DNA of 63,919 nucleotides, counting the filler, from an uncultured bacterium (lineage in GTDB: Bacteria; Latescibacterota; UBA2968): NCBI GenBank assembly GCA_964471275.1. It is 3 parts of 3 records of this genome, joined end to end, with 100 filler letters (N's around TTAATTAATTAA, not from the genome) between each part and the next. Parts side by side here need not be neighbours in the genome. Positions count along the whole stretch, not along the records: positions 46,767 to 63,919 come from CAYYGZ010000089.1; 2 more parts are not named here. One strand, written 5' to 3'. The notes below the pieces were generated by a model. That model was not told the DNA's origin. It ran no database searches and saw only the letters and a list, made by a program, of their open reading frames with translations. Below, piece by piece: positions 49,688 through 58,642 of the stretch (its first letter is position 1; the number at the start of each line of letters is the position of its first letter). Made by a program: the position numbers and the translations under genes.

Positions 49688-49723
49688 AGAGGGCCTGTGG
49701 TCAGCAGATCATAGGCCCTCTTT
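49688..49723. terminator. intergenic hairpin/terminator
   Basis: AGAGGGCCTGTGGTC/GATCATAGGCCCTCT between convergent units. Confidence 0.6.
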
Positions 49724-49745
49724 CGTGTATTCTGGCGAGAACTGT

Positions 49746-51359
49746 CTAGTCGACGGGTTTACAGGGCTTCCGAACAATGATCATGCTGAACGTGTCGTTC
49801 TGCAGCGCTTTGCGAAAGGTTTCCCGCATCTGCTCGTCTGTATCGTCCCTGCCGACCTCCCAGATCGGATCACAGCCGCAGACGGCCCCGATCTCGCGGA
49901 TGCCGACCCGATTCCCTTTGCTGCCCGTGAGTGGAAGACCGCCGTCCGGTGTCGGCTGCCCACCCGTTGTGAGGGCTCCGCCGTTATCGAGCACCATCAC
50001 GATGGTGTCGGAACCTGAGGCGCGGGCCTGTATAATCCCGTTGATCGAAGCGTGGTAGAAAGCTGAGTCGCCAGTGATGGCGATCGTTCGTTCTGCGACA
50101 CCGGCGGCCTGGTAGCCGGATGCGACCCCGATAGATGAGCCGAAAGACAGTTTTGCGTCGAGGTATCTGGCGGCCGTGACGACACAGCCCGGGTCGGCTG
50201 AGATGTATGGGTTCTGGCCCAGCGCTTCCGCCTCGGCTCGCAGTGCCTTGATCATGCCCACGTACGGACAACCGGCGCAGTGCGACTTCCGAAACGGCCG
50301 TTCTTCCTCCCAGTTCTCTTCCGTGTATGTCTCCGCAGGCGCAAAGCTCGGCAGCGCCTCGGATAGCGTCTTCTGAATGTGCCAGCGGAAGAGCTCACCC
50401 TCCCAGTTGACGTGTCCCGTTCGCTTGCCGAGCACCTTCGCCGTAGCACCTGCGTCATATCCGATGGACTTGATCGTGTCCTCCAGATAGGGGTCGACCT
50501 CCTCGAGCACGATGATCCGATCGCAGGAGGCCATGAACCCGCCAATCGTCTTTGCTGGGAGCGGATACAGGGTGTTCAACTTCAGAACGCTGACGTCGGA
50601 CAGGTCCGCACCTTCTGTCGCCTCGAGGAATTTCGTGTGGACCATCCCTGTTGCCACGACTCCGATCCTGCCCGACCCGGTCAGCTTGTTCAGGACCGAA
50701 GTTTCGAATTCCGATTCGATCGCGTCGAGCTTGGCGTGTAATCTCGTGTGGCTTTCGTGGACCGTCACGAGCGCAGAAATGAACCGGAATGGATCGCGAG
50801 CAGGTTCCAGGGATGGCTTCTCGGCGGGTGGGTTCAGACCTTCTATCTCGGCAGTCGAGACGCTATAGCTTCGCGTGATCCGGACGACCACGAGGGTCTG
50901 ATGCCTCTCCGAGAAGTCGAAGGCCCATTTCATGGTTTCACGGCCTTCACCTGCATCGGAGACCTCGACCATCGGGAGTTCTGCAAGCGTCGATACGGCG
51001 CGCGTGTCCTGTTCGTTCTGCGAACCCCACGCCCCGGGATCATCACCCATCAGGATGACAAGTCCCGCGTGTGCCCCCGTCATATTGAGGACCATGACCG
51101 TGTCCAGCGCGACGTTCATTCCAACGCTCTTGAGACAGACGAGCGCCCGCTTCCCGGCCTGTGAGGCTCCGGCTGCCTGATCCAGGGCAACGCGTTCGTT
51201 GACGCACCATTCCGTGTTGTGGCCGTAGTCCTTTGAGGTCTTTTCCAACGCGAGAAACGTGTTGGTGCCCGGTGATCCGGGATATCCTGTCACGACGGAG
51301 ACGCCCGCCTCGATCGCTCCCCAGGCCAGCGCCTGCTCACCGTCTATCGTCTGTGCCAT
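49746..51359 (-). CDS. iorA: indolepyruvate:ferredoxin oxidoreductase alpha-like TPP enzyme
   Basis: GYPGSP, NERVAL, KSVGMNVA, DDPG..SQNEQD, CAGCP, GDSAFYH. Confidence 0.82.
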   Translation of the reverse strand: MAQTIDGEQALAWGAIEAGVSVVTGYPGSPGTNTFLALEKTSKDYGHNTEWCVNERVALDQAAGASQAGKRALVCLKSVGMNVALDTVMVLNMTGAHAGLVILMGDDPGAWGSQNEQDTRAVSTLAELPMVEVSDAGEGRETMKWAFDFSERHQTLVVVRITRSYSVSTAEIEGLNPPAEKPSLEPARDPFRFISALVTVHESHTRLHAKLDAIESEFETSVLNKLTGSGRIGVVATGMVHTKFLEATEGADLSDVSVLKLNTLYPLPAKTIGGFMASCDRIIVLEEVDPYLEDTIKSIGYDAGATAKVLGKRTGHVNWEGELFRWHIQKTLSEALPSFAPAETYTEENWEEERPFRKSHCAGCPYVGMIKALRAEAEALGQNPYISADPGCVVTAARYLDAKLSFGSSIGVASGYQAAGVAERTIAITGDSAFYHASINGIIQARASGSDTIVMVLDNGGALTTGGQPTPDGGLPLTGSKGNRVGIREIGAVCGCDPIWEVGRDDTDEQMRETFRKALQNDTFSMIIVRKPCKPVD

Positions 51360-51450
51360 GCATAACTCCCCGATTTTCGGTCATGAACCGACCGAGCTTT
51401 CATTCCCACCGATGTTACTCGTGCGTGTCGGGCACGTCAAGCCGGGTCGG

Positions 51451-52812
51451 TCAGAACAAGCCAACCCAATCCCAGTAGACGAGGTTGACCGGGATCAGGA
51501 TCACCAGGTTCACGAGGCAGATCAGCATCATGGTAACGACAAATTGACGCATGGATACGTAGCCGTAGGCATAGGCAATCATGAAGGGGGCCCCCTGATA
51601 GGGCATGAAGACCATCCCTGTCCCCACCGCGACACTTAGACCCACCTGCAGAGGGGAGAGTCCCGAGGCGTCGCCCAAGCTGAGGAGTGGCGGCGTAAGC
51701 ACACCCCCGACTACGGCGGTGTCCACGAGGAAGTTGAACGGTGTAACAATATAGGTGATCGAGGCGAGCTGCTGGAAGGTGGATTGATCATCGAGCGCGA
51801 GCCAGGATCCCAGAACTTCAGCGAGTCGTGCGCTTGTGCCGGAGGTTACGAAAGCCTCACCAAGCGCAAATACACTCCCGATGTAGATGATGATTGGGTA
51901 ATTGACCTTCCGTAGATTCTCTGTCGAGAGCGGACCGATGCGGGGTGTAAGACAGAGAATCGTAAGAGCAAGACCGATGATGACCGGATGGACGTGGTGC
52001 AGTGCGTCTGTTGCCCAGGCTGCTACGCCAACCACCAACAGGACCAGGGCTCTGACTTCGCGGCTCCCGAACGTTACGGGTGGAATGTCTAGATCCAGGT
52101 GATCGGGGAGAGTCGGTCTGAAGAGGATGAGGATCAGGAGTGTGCCGGCGAGAACGCGCAGAAGCCCGATGACAGGGAATACATAGGCTGCCCACTGCCC
52201 CCAGAAGACTGGCTGTTGATGTGACTCCAGAACGCCCATGATGACGAGATTGGGAACGGACGCCGTCAGGATCCCCGTCCCTCCGTAGTATGTTGCGCAG
52301 ACAACAGACAGAATGATTGCGGCGCTGAGCGGCGAGTGACGTTCCGCCTTCAGGGCATCGATGAACGAAATCAGAACGGGAAGGACGATCAGGACACGCA
52401 CAACGCCGGACGGGATCAGAATGGCCAGAAGGATACCGAAGAGGCCCAGCTCGAGGATAAAGGTGACGGGGTGCTTTAGACGACTGACGATCACACCCGA
52501 CAGGATGTCCCCGAGCCGTGTCTCCGTGATCAGCTGGCTGATCACCATTCCCGCGAAGACCAGCCAGACTGCGGGCCGAGCAAAAGCCGAGAAGATTGAC
52601 TCAAAGGTTCCGACACCGGATACCGAGAGCGCGAGCAGGAGGCAGAGCGCGGTGAGCGGGATGGAGATCGGCTCCAACGTCCAGCAGATGGCCGATATGG
52701 CGGCCAGCGCAATGACGACCCGGCCCGGGGTATCGATAGAGATGGGGGCTAGGGCGGCCAGTGCGACTGTGACTGCAATCAGCACGACCGAGGCAAGCTG
52801 TTTATGTTGCAT
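51451..52812 (-). CDS. SLC13/DASS family permease
   Basis: about 12 TM; LVFAG, IPS, ASVPNL. Confidence 0.8.
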   Translation of the reverse strand: MQHKQLASVVLIAVTVALAALAPISIDTPGRVVIALAAISAICWTLEPISIPLTALCLLLALSVSGVGTFESIFSAFARPAVWLVFAGMVISQLITETRLGDILSGVIVSRLKHPVTFILELGLFGILLAILIPSGVVRVLIVLPVLISFIDALKAERHSPLSAAIILSVVCATYYGGTGILTASVPNLVIMGVLESHQQPVFWGQWAAYVFPVIGLLRVLAGTLLILILFRPTLPDHLDLDIPPVTFGSREVRALVLLVVGVAAWATDALHHVHPVIIGLALTILCLTPRIGPLSTENLRKVNYPIIIYIGSVFALGEAFVTSGTSARLAEVLGSWLALDDQSTFQQLASITYIVTPFNFLVDTAVVGGVLTPPLLSLGDASGLSPLQVGLSVAVGTGMVFMPYQGAPFMIAYAYGYVSMRQFVVTMMLICLVNLVILIPVNLVYWDWVGLF

Positions 52813-52952
52813 GGTTCGAAGATAAGTCGTGTGATGAGGGGGCGAAACTGCAAAGCCAGGCTATTTGCGCAGTGTGATCTTGACGGGAGGACGGGGTCTC
52901 GGGATATTGCGCGCAAATAACGTTTGAGCAAATGCTCCAAGGAGGGACTGGT

Positions 52953-53852
52953 ATGCTGATCGATGGCTTCAACGGTGTCTACCCGGCAGCCGTCAGCCCG
53001 AAGGATGATGCAGGAAAGTTCAGTGCGACACGGTTCGAGCATCTGGTTGACCGGATGTATGAGGCGAATGTTCACGGTCTATACCTGTGTGGCAACACGG
53101 GAGAAGGCTATCTGCTCCCCGTGAACGCTCGTAAGGAAGCAACTGAGGTTGCGGTCGAAAGGTCGAAGGGGAAGGGCAAGGTCGTCGTACACGTGGGTGC
53201 ACCGGCCGAAGAGGACGCGGTGGCTCTGGCAAAACACGCCGCGGATGTCGGCGCGGATGCCATCTCGAGCCTTCCTCCCTACGTGCAAGGGTACTCGTTC
53301 GATGAGGTGCACGCACACTATACACGATTGGCCTACGCCAGCGGTCTACCGCTTTTTGTGTATTACATCCCGATCGTGACCCATCGCGAATTCAGCCTGC
53401 GGGAGATGGACAGGCTGCTGGATATCAAAGGCGTAGCGGGACTGAAGTTCACGAATTTCAACTTCTTCCTGATGGAAGGCATTATGGATAGTGATCGGAA
53501 CCCCCACGTCTTCAACGGTCACGACGAGGTGTTCCTGGCCGGGATGGCGATGGGTGTGCAAGCAGGGATCGGGACCTATTACAACATCATGCCGTCCCAC
53601 TTCGTGAATATCTACGAAGCGGCCCTTTCGGGAGACTATGAGAGAGGACGCGAATTACAGCGAGACGTGAACCGACTGATCCGGGCGGTCCAGACCGTAC
53701 GCCAGAACGGTGCTGTCCACGCCCTTCTCAAGTGGCAGGGAATTCCGTGTGGGGATCCGATACTGCCGGCGCGGCCGCTGGATGACGATGAGGAAAAGAT
53801 GTTGAGAGCGGAGCTGGAGAAAGCGGGACTGGTTGAGGGACTGAGGATCTAG
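52953..53852 (+). CDS. DHDPS/N-acetylneuraminate lyase family aldolase
   Basis: CGNTGEG, VHVG, YYIP, LKFT, IGTYYN. Confidence 0.88.
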   Translation: MLIDGFNGVYPAAVSPKDDAGKFSATRFEHLVDRMYEANVHGLYLCGNTGEGYLLPVNARKEATEVAVERSKGKGKVVVHVGAPAEEDAVALAKHAADVGADAISSLPPYVQGYSFDEVHAHYTRLAYASGLPLFVYYIPIVTHREFSLREMDRLLDIKGVAGLKFTNFNFFLMEGIMDSDRNPHVFNGHDEVFLAGMAMGVQAGIGTYYNIMPSHFVNIYEAALSGDYERGRELQRDVNRLIRAVQTVRQNGAVHALLKWQGIPCGDPILPARPLDDDEEKMLRAELEKAGLVEGLRI

Positions 53853-53940
53853 GATAGAAGATAGAGGATTGAAAGTCAGGAGCTCTCAATCTTCAATATC
53901 CGGTCCTCGATCCTCAATCCTCGGTCTACAGCCCTCATCC
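53832..53940. repeat. 7-nt periodic inverted repeat region
   Basis: (GAGGATN)n-like units face (NATCCTC)n-like units between convergent genes. Confidence 0.55.
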
Positions 53941-54702
53941 CTGATACGCTTGCCAGAGCGCGCGGTAATAGTGCATTAGGCGTTCGGGGTCGTCACTTGC
54001 GGGGATTTCGGCAAGCGTAAAGCCCTGATAGCCGATTCCTTCGAGCTTTGTGAAGAGTTCGCGCCAGGGATACTCGGATTTCCACAGTTCGGTAATGTGT
54101 ACCAGCCCGATCTTGTGGCTCAGGAGGTCCCAGGCTTCCTGGATCGTGCCGTCTTCGCCGACCTCATCGAAATTCGAGTTCCAGCAGACGTAGACATTGT
54201 CGTGACCCGCGTGATCAATGATCGTGCGCATCCGACTGGGCTTTTTGGTGTCCCGACCGTGGACCTCCACGCGAATGGCGACACCGAGATCAGCGGCCGC
54301 GGCCCCGCATTCACGTAGCGACAGGCCAATCTGCTCGAGGGTCTTTTCTTCCGGGATGCCCTTGTCGAACTGAAGTCCGTTCGGTCTGACCTTAACACCA
54401 GGACAGCCGAGGTCGGCCGCGAGTCTGGCGCATTCGATCGTACCGGCGATGTTCTCCCGGACGATCTGAGCATCATCGGAGTGGTAATCGTAGGCGCTTC
54501 CGATCCCGGCGATTTCGATCCCCGAATCCTCGAACTGTTGACGGACACCCGCCCGCTCATCTGTGCTCAGGCTGGACTCCACACCGTGAGCGTGCGTGGT
54601 TCTGAGTTCCACCCCTTGAAATCCGGTGCTCTGACACTTTTCGATGATCTCAGAGACACCCCAGTCTTTCCCGATATTGTATGTCACGAATCCAAGCTTC
54701 AT
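53935..54702 (-). CDS. sugar phosphate isomerase/epimerase (TIM barrel)
   Basis: GVELR, VEVHG, VHITE. Confidence 0.85.
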   Translation of the reverse strand: MKLGFVTYNIGKDWGVSEIIEKCQSTGFQGVELRTTHAHGVESSLSTDERAGVRQQFEDSGIEIAGIGSAYDYHSDDAQIVRENIAGTIECARLAADLGCPGVKVRPNGLQFDKGIPEEKTLEQIGLSLRECGAAAADLGVAIRVEVHGRDTKKPSRMRTIIDHAGHDNVYVCWNSNFDEVGEDGTIQEAWDLLSHKIGLVHITELWKSEYPWRELFTKLEGIGYQGFTLAEIPASDDPERLMHYYRALWQAYQG

Positions 54703-54793
54703 TGTTCCCTGCCTCCGGTTTGGTTGTCGTTGGCGGAAAGATAGAGCCAGGGATCATTTTGTCAAAGCGAGTCGCGCGCGTGAGGGCCAGAAG

Positions 54794-55315
54794 ATGCCAG
54801 AGCAGGAGCTAAGAGACGGTCTGATGATCGGGCCAGCAATGCCCGAAGAGATGGATGCGGTCTGTGAGATCGCCGAGATCGCCTGGGAGCCGATCCACGA
54901 AGCGATGATCGAGAGCGTCGGCACCGATATCCACGATGCCATATCAGCGGATTGGAAGGAGAAGAAGGCGGAGCAGATTCGTGGCCAGTTTCGGCGGAAT
55001 GCAGACCACGTGCTGGCGATTCGCGAAGGTGAGACCGTGGTCGCTTTCGTTACCTTCGGATGCGATGCGTCCAAGTCGCTCGGGACGATCCACAACAACG
55101 CGGTGGACCCAAAGTTCCAGGGACGCGGAATTGCAACCGCGATGTACAGTCACGTCCTGGATCTGTTTCGGAAGGCTGGTCTGAAGTACGCATCCGTGGG
55201 AACCGGGCTCGATCCAGGCCACTTACCGGCTAGACGCGCTTATGAGAAGGCGGGATTCAACCTGAAACAAGAGGATGTGACTTACTACAGACGTCTATCG
55301 GAATCTCAGGAATAG
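54794..55315 (+). CDS. GNAT N-acetyltransferase
   Basis: NAVDPKFQGRGIA, ARRAYEKAGF. Confidence 0.88.
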   Translation: MPEQELRDGLMIGPAMPEEMDAVCEIAEIAWEPIHEAMIESVGTDIHDAISADWKEKKAEQIRGQFRRNADHVLAIREGETVVAFVTFGCDASKSLGTIHNNAVDPKFQGRGIATAMYSHVLDLFRKAGLKYASVGTGLDPGHLPARRAYEKAGFNLKQEDVTYYRRLSESQE

Positions 55316-55395
55316 ACTCGTTGATCCAAGGTTCGATTACACCGGATAAGATCTTTACGGGCGTGCCTGTTTGCGGCGGTTGTTTCGGCGATCGA

Positions 55396-55980
55396 CTAGT
55401 AGATCGGGACGGGGATGGGTCTCAGTGCGAGTGGCTGGGCTGCCAGGTGAGTATAGGTCTCCTGGTTGATTACGTTCCGGCGGACGAGCCGATACAGTAG
55501 ACGCTGGCGCGTTGCGATCAGGTCGTCTGGGTCCCACGAAGCCTGCCCGTGGACGGTCCAATGACAGAAGAGTGCGAGTTCCGCATCCGTGAGAAATTCT
55601 GTCCCGGATCCGAAGATAAGGTTCGAAGCCTCCTCCAAGCCTGAGACAAGCCGGTTTCCTCTCCAGAACGACCCCCTATCCAGCAGGATGCCCATAGCCG
55701 TCTCCTCTTCGCTGAGCTCAAGCAAGACGCGAAATGCCAGGTAGGAGACGACCGAAGAGAGTCCCCTGTCACCACAGAGGGCTCGGGCGGCGGCATCTGC
55801 AGATACCCGACCGGTCACGACCCGGTGGATTCTGGATATGCGGTGAGAATTTTTCGGCTCTACTGTGATGGATTGCGCGTGTCGCTCGAGAGAATCGCTG
55901 TGTCCGGCGAGGACGAGTAAGATCGTCACCGCGAAGATCGTGATCATTGCGGCCAACGGGAAGAGATGATCGCGTGTCAC
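55396..55980 (-). CDS. degenerate transglycosylase (GT51)-like domain protein
   Basis: N-terminal TM; GLEEAS..IFG...LTDAELAL...RQRLLYRL..RNVINQE resembles the GT51 C-terminal half; GTG start overlaps the upstream stop. Confidence 0.55.
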   Translation of the reverse strand: MTRDHLFPLAAMITIFAVTILLVLAGHSDSLERHAQSITVEPKNSHRISRIHRVVTGRVSADAAARALCGDRGLSSVVSYLAFRVLLELSEEETAMGILLDRGSFWRGNRLVSGLEEASNLIFGSGTEFLTDAELALFCHWTVHGQASWDPDDLIATRQRLLYRLVRRNVINQETYTHLAAQPLALRPIPVPIY

Positions 55981-57128
55981 GGCACAAGCCTCTGGAGCGC
56001 CGATACGGCAAGATCGGGTCGTGTGTGCGCTGCGCGGATACCGGCTGATCGTGCAGCACTCGCCTCTGTGGCGCTTCCCGTGAGGGCACGCGAGGCCTCG
56101 AGGTTTACACCCAGATCCGTCTGGGCAATATGATAGGGAGCTGATGCGGACGTGTGGGCCGATCGCCTGCACACAACAGCGTCGAGTTCGCAGCCTGCCT
56201 GCAGCAGGGCCTCAACAAGGATGTCATTCTGAACTTCGAATTCCTGTGGCTCCCGGCCGGCCGGGTCTGAGACACCGATCAATGCCCATTCTCTGCCGCG
56301 GATTTCGGTTAGCGCTGCGGTGAGTTCCGTTAGATCTGACACGTCTGTTACGAGGCAGCCCATATCCAGGAACAGGGCACACCCCGTGTCGGGAGACTCG
56401 ATCGTGTAGTCTGTCTGCAGGACCTGTTCATCGGTGATGTCGTAGATACGGTATGGATGTGGGTGTTCGCAGAAGGCACGTGATGTGGCGAACCAGGTTC
56501 CGTCTGCATCAAAGGTGTCAACGCCTCCGTGAAAGTGGCCGCTCAGTGATAGCGTGACTTTTCCGGATGCGGTTATCCGAGATTTGAGCTCCCGTGCCTC
56601 ACGGTAGGAGTGCGGGTATCCCTCGTTGTTTTCGGGCCAGATCATGTAGTGCTGCAGGTGTATCTGCGGGGTGTTGTCTGCGTCATCGAGCACACGGTCG
56701 AATCGCTTCCTCTGCTCGCCCAGGCGTTCTGCCGCGTTATCCCGGATCTCCTCGTCGTAGAAGCTGACGAAGCGAAATCCATTGAGGAGGGTGTCCGCGT
56801 TCACGTCCGGGAAGACGTTCCCGAAGGCCTTCGGTGAGTCGTGGTTGCCGAACAGATACAGGACAGGGCAGCCAATGGGATCAATGATCTCACGGATGAG
56901 CTGGAGATCGGCAGTGATTCGATCGACCATTTCGGGATCCTGCATTCCGTAGAATGGCGCATCGATGAGGTCGCCCGTAACGGCGAGAATATCGGGTTCG
57001 CGGTCACGGATGTCGACCATCGCCCGGGCGATGAGATCGGGCATCTGGCGTGCTCGTCGCTTCGGGATCTGGGGATGACCCGGAACGTTTCGGCGTGCGT
57101 GAAAATCTGAGATGTGTGCGATGCGCAT
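55977..57128 (-). CDS. metallophosphoesterase with C-terminal HAD/GmhB-like domain
   Basis: ISDFH, TGD, GNHD, GHFH; C-terminal ALFLD...AARSAGI. Confidence 0.8.
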   Translation of the reverse strand: MRIAHISDFHARRNVPGHPQIPKRRARQMPDLIARAMVDIRDREPDILAVTGDLIDAPFYGMQDPEMVDRITADLQLIREIIDPIGCPVLYLFGNHDSPKAFGNVFPDVNADTLLNGFRFVSFYDEEIRDNAAERLGEQRKRFDRVLDDADNTPQIHLQHYMIWPENNEGYPHSYREARELKSRITASGKVTLSLSGHFHGGVDTFDADGTWFATSRAFCEHPHPYRIYDITDEQVLQTDYTIESPDTGCALFLDMGCLVTDVSDLTELTAALTEIRGREWALIGVSDPAGREPQEFEVQNDILVEALLQAGCELDAVVCRRSAHTSASAPYHIAQTDLGVNLEASRALTGSATEASAARSAGIRAAHTRPDLAVSALQRLVP

Positions 57129-57414
57129 AAGCACCGAGAGCAGGGCGTTTGAAGCGACCGGATTGCAGGCGCCGAGAAGTAGGAGCGCATGATCGGTTTT
57201 TCGTGCTGACGTGTCAAAGGGCGTGGAACGTCTCCTGGCAAATGGAGGAGCGTGGGCAGGCAGCCGGTGGGTGTCCCACATCTGCGCTGACAATCCTGCA
57301 GTTCTCTTCCGGGGCCAATCGAAAGGTCTGGATATGGGACGATTCGATAATTACCATCCAGTGCGCTCCGGAACCTCCGAGCGTCCAGAAAAACTCACCC
57401 AGGAGGCTTGCCCT

Positions 57415-57855
57415 ATGCTGAAGACAGGGGACAAGGCACCGGATTTCGAAGTCCTCGATCACGAGGGCAACACGGTTCGGTTGAGCAATTACGAAGGAAA
57501 GACGGTCGTTCTGTGGTTCTATCCACGTGCCAGCACCGGTGGCTGAACGGCTCAAGGCCAAGGGTTCCGTGATCGAATCCAAGACTTTGATGCAAAGGAT
57601 GTTCAGGTTCTGGGCTGCAGTACGGACGGTGTTTCTGCAAACAGGAAGTTCGCCGACGATGAATCTTTTCTGTATCCACTCCTCTGTGATACGGAACGGG
57701 AAGTCTGCGTCGCTTACGGGGCCTGCACTTCGAAAGAAGACGGCGCCGCGAAACGAATCACCTATGTGATTGGCCCGGATGGCCTCATCGCACAAGCAAT
57801 CGCAGATGTGAACGCTCGGGAGAATCCGCAGCAGGTGATGGATCTCGTCTCATGA
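57415..57855 (+). CDS. bcp: BCP/PrxQ peroxiredoxin, predicted selenoprotein (UGA at 57544)
   Basis: FYPRASTGG-TGA-TAQGQGFRD; frame open to TGA57853 with YPLLCD, RITYVIGPDG; AGGAGG RBS. Confidence 0.88.
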
Positions 57856-58011
57856 ACTCGTCCTCAGGGGCGGCTGTTGTTCTGTTGACTCATCCGTTCA
57901 CTCAGGCTATGTTAACAAAACATCAATGGCGGTTGATCTAGTTTTGTGAAATTCTACCAGGACAAACTCCTGTCGGGGTGGGTTCTGAAGAGTTCCTGGA
58001 GGAGGCAATCC

Positions 58012-58641
58012 GTGTCTGATGAACGTATCGAGCCGAATGTGGAGTCGGGCATATCCAGACGTCGATTCCTGAAAGGCGTAGGGACCGGCGTGGCCGCGAC
58101 CGGTCTGCTGACGACAATCGAGCCGTCAACCGCAGATGCTGCGAAGTCCCGGCACCTGGGCCCGGGCACCGTGCCCATTACGCTGGACGTGAATGGCCAG
58201 GCCTATCCGGCGGATGTGGAGCCTCGCCACGTACTTCTGGACGTGCTCCGAAAGAACCTGGGCATCACAGGCCCCAAGCCAATCTGCGAACGAGGCGCGT
58301 GCGGCGGATGTACGGTCCTGGTAGATGGCGATCCCGTTTATTCCTGTATGATGCTAGCCGTCGATGCCGTGGGGAAAGAGATTACCACGGTCGAAGGGCT
58401 TGCCGATGGGGAGAAACTCGATCCTGTCCAGGCAGCGTTTATCGAGCATGACGCACTCATGTGTGGATTCTGTACGCCGGGTTTCCTGATGTCTGTTCGG
58501 GCGTTGATCGATCGGAATCCCAACCCGAGGATGAGCGATATCAAGGAGGCCGTGTCCGGGAATACGTGCAGGTGCGGGACCTATCCGAGGATTTTCGAGG
58601 CAGTCCTGACGGCTGCTCGGGTCACGCGGGGGGAGGCCTGA
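58012..58641 (+). CDS. 2Fe-2S subunit of a xanthine oxidase-family molybdoenzyme, with Tat signal (PaoA-like)
   Basis: SRRRFLK; CERGACGGC, CGFC, CRC; GGAGG RBS before GTG. Confidence 0.92.
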   Translation: MSDERIEPNVESGISRRRFLKGVGTGVAATGLLTTIEPSTADAAKSRHLGPGTVPITLDVNGQAYPADVEPRHVLLDVLRKNLGITGPKPICERGACGGCTVLVDGDPVYSCMMLAVDAVGKEITTVEGLADGEKLDPVQAAFIEHDALMCGFCTPGFLMSVRALIDRNPNPRMSDIKEAVSGNTCRCGTYPRIFEAVLTAARVTRGEA

Positions 58642-58642
58642 T

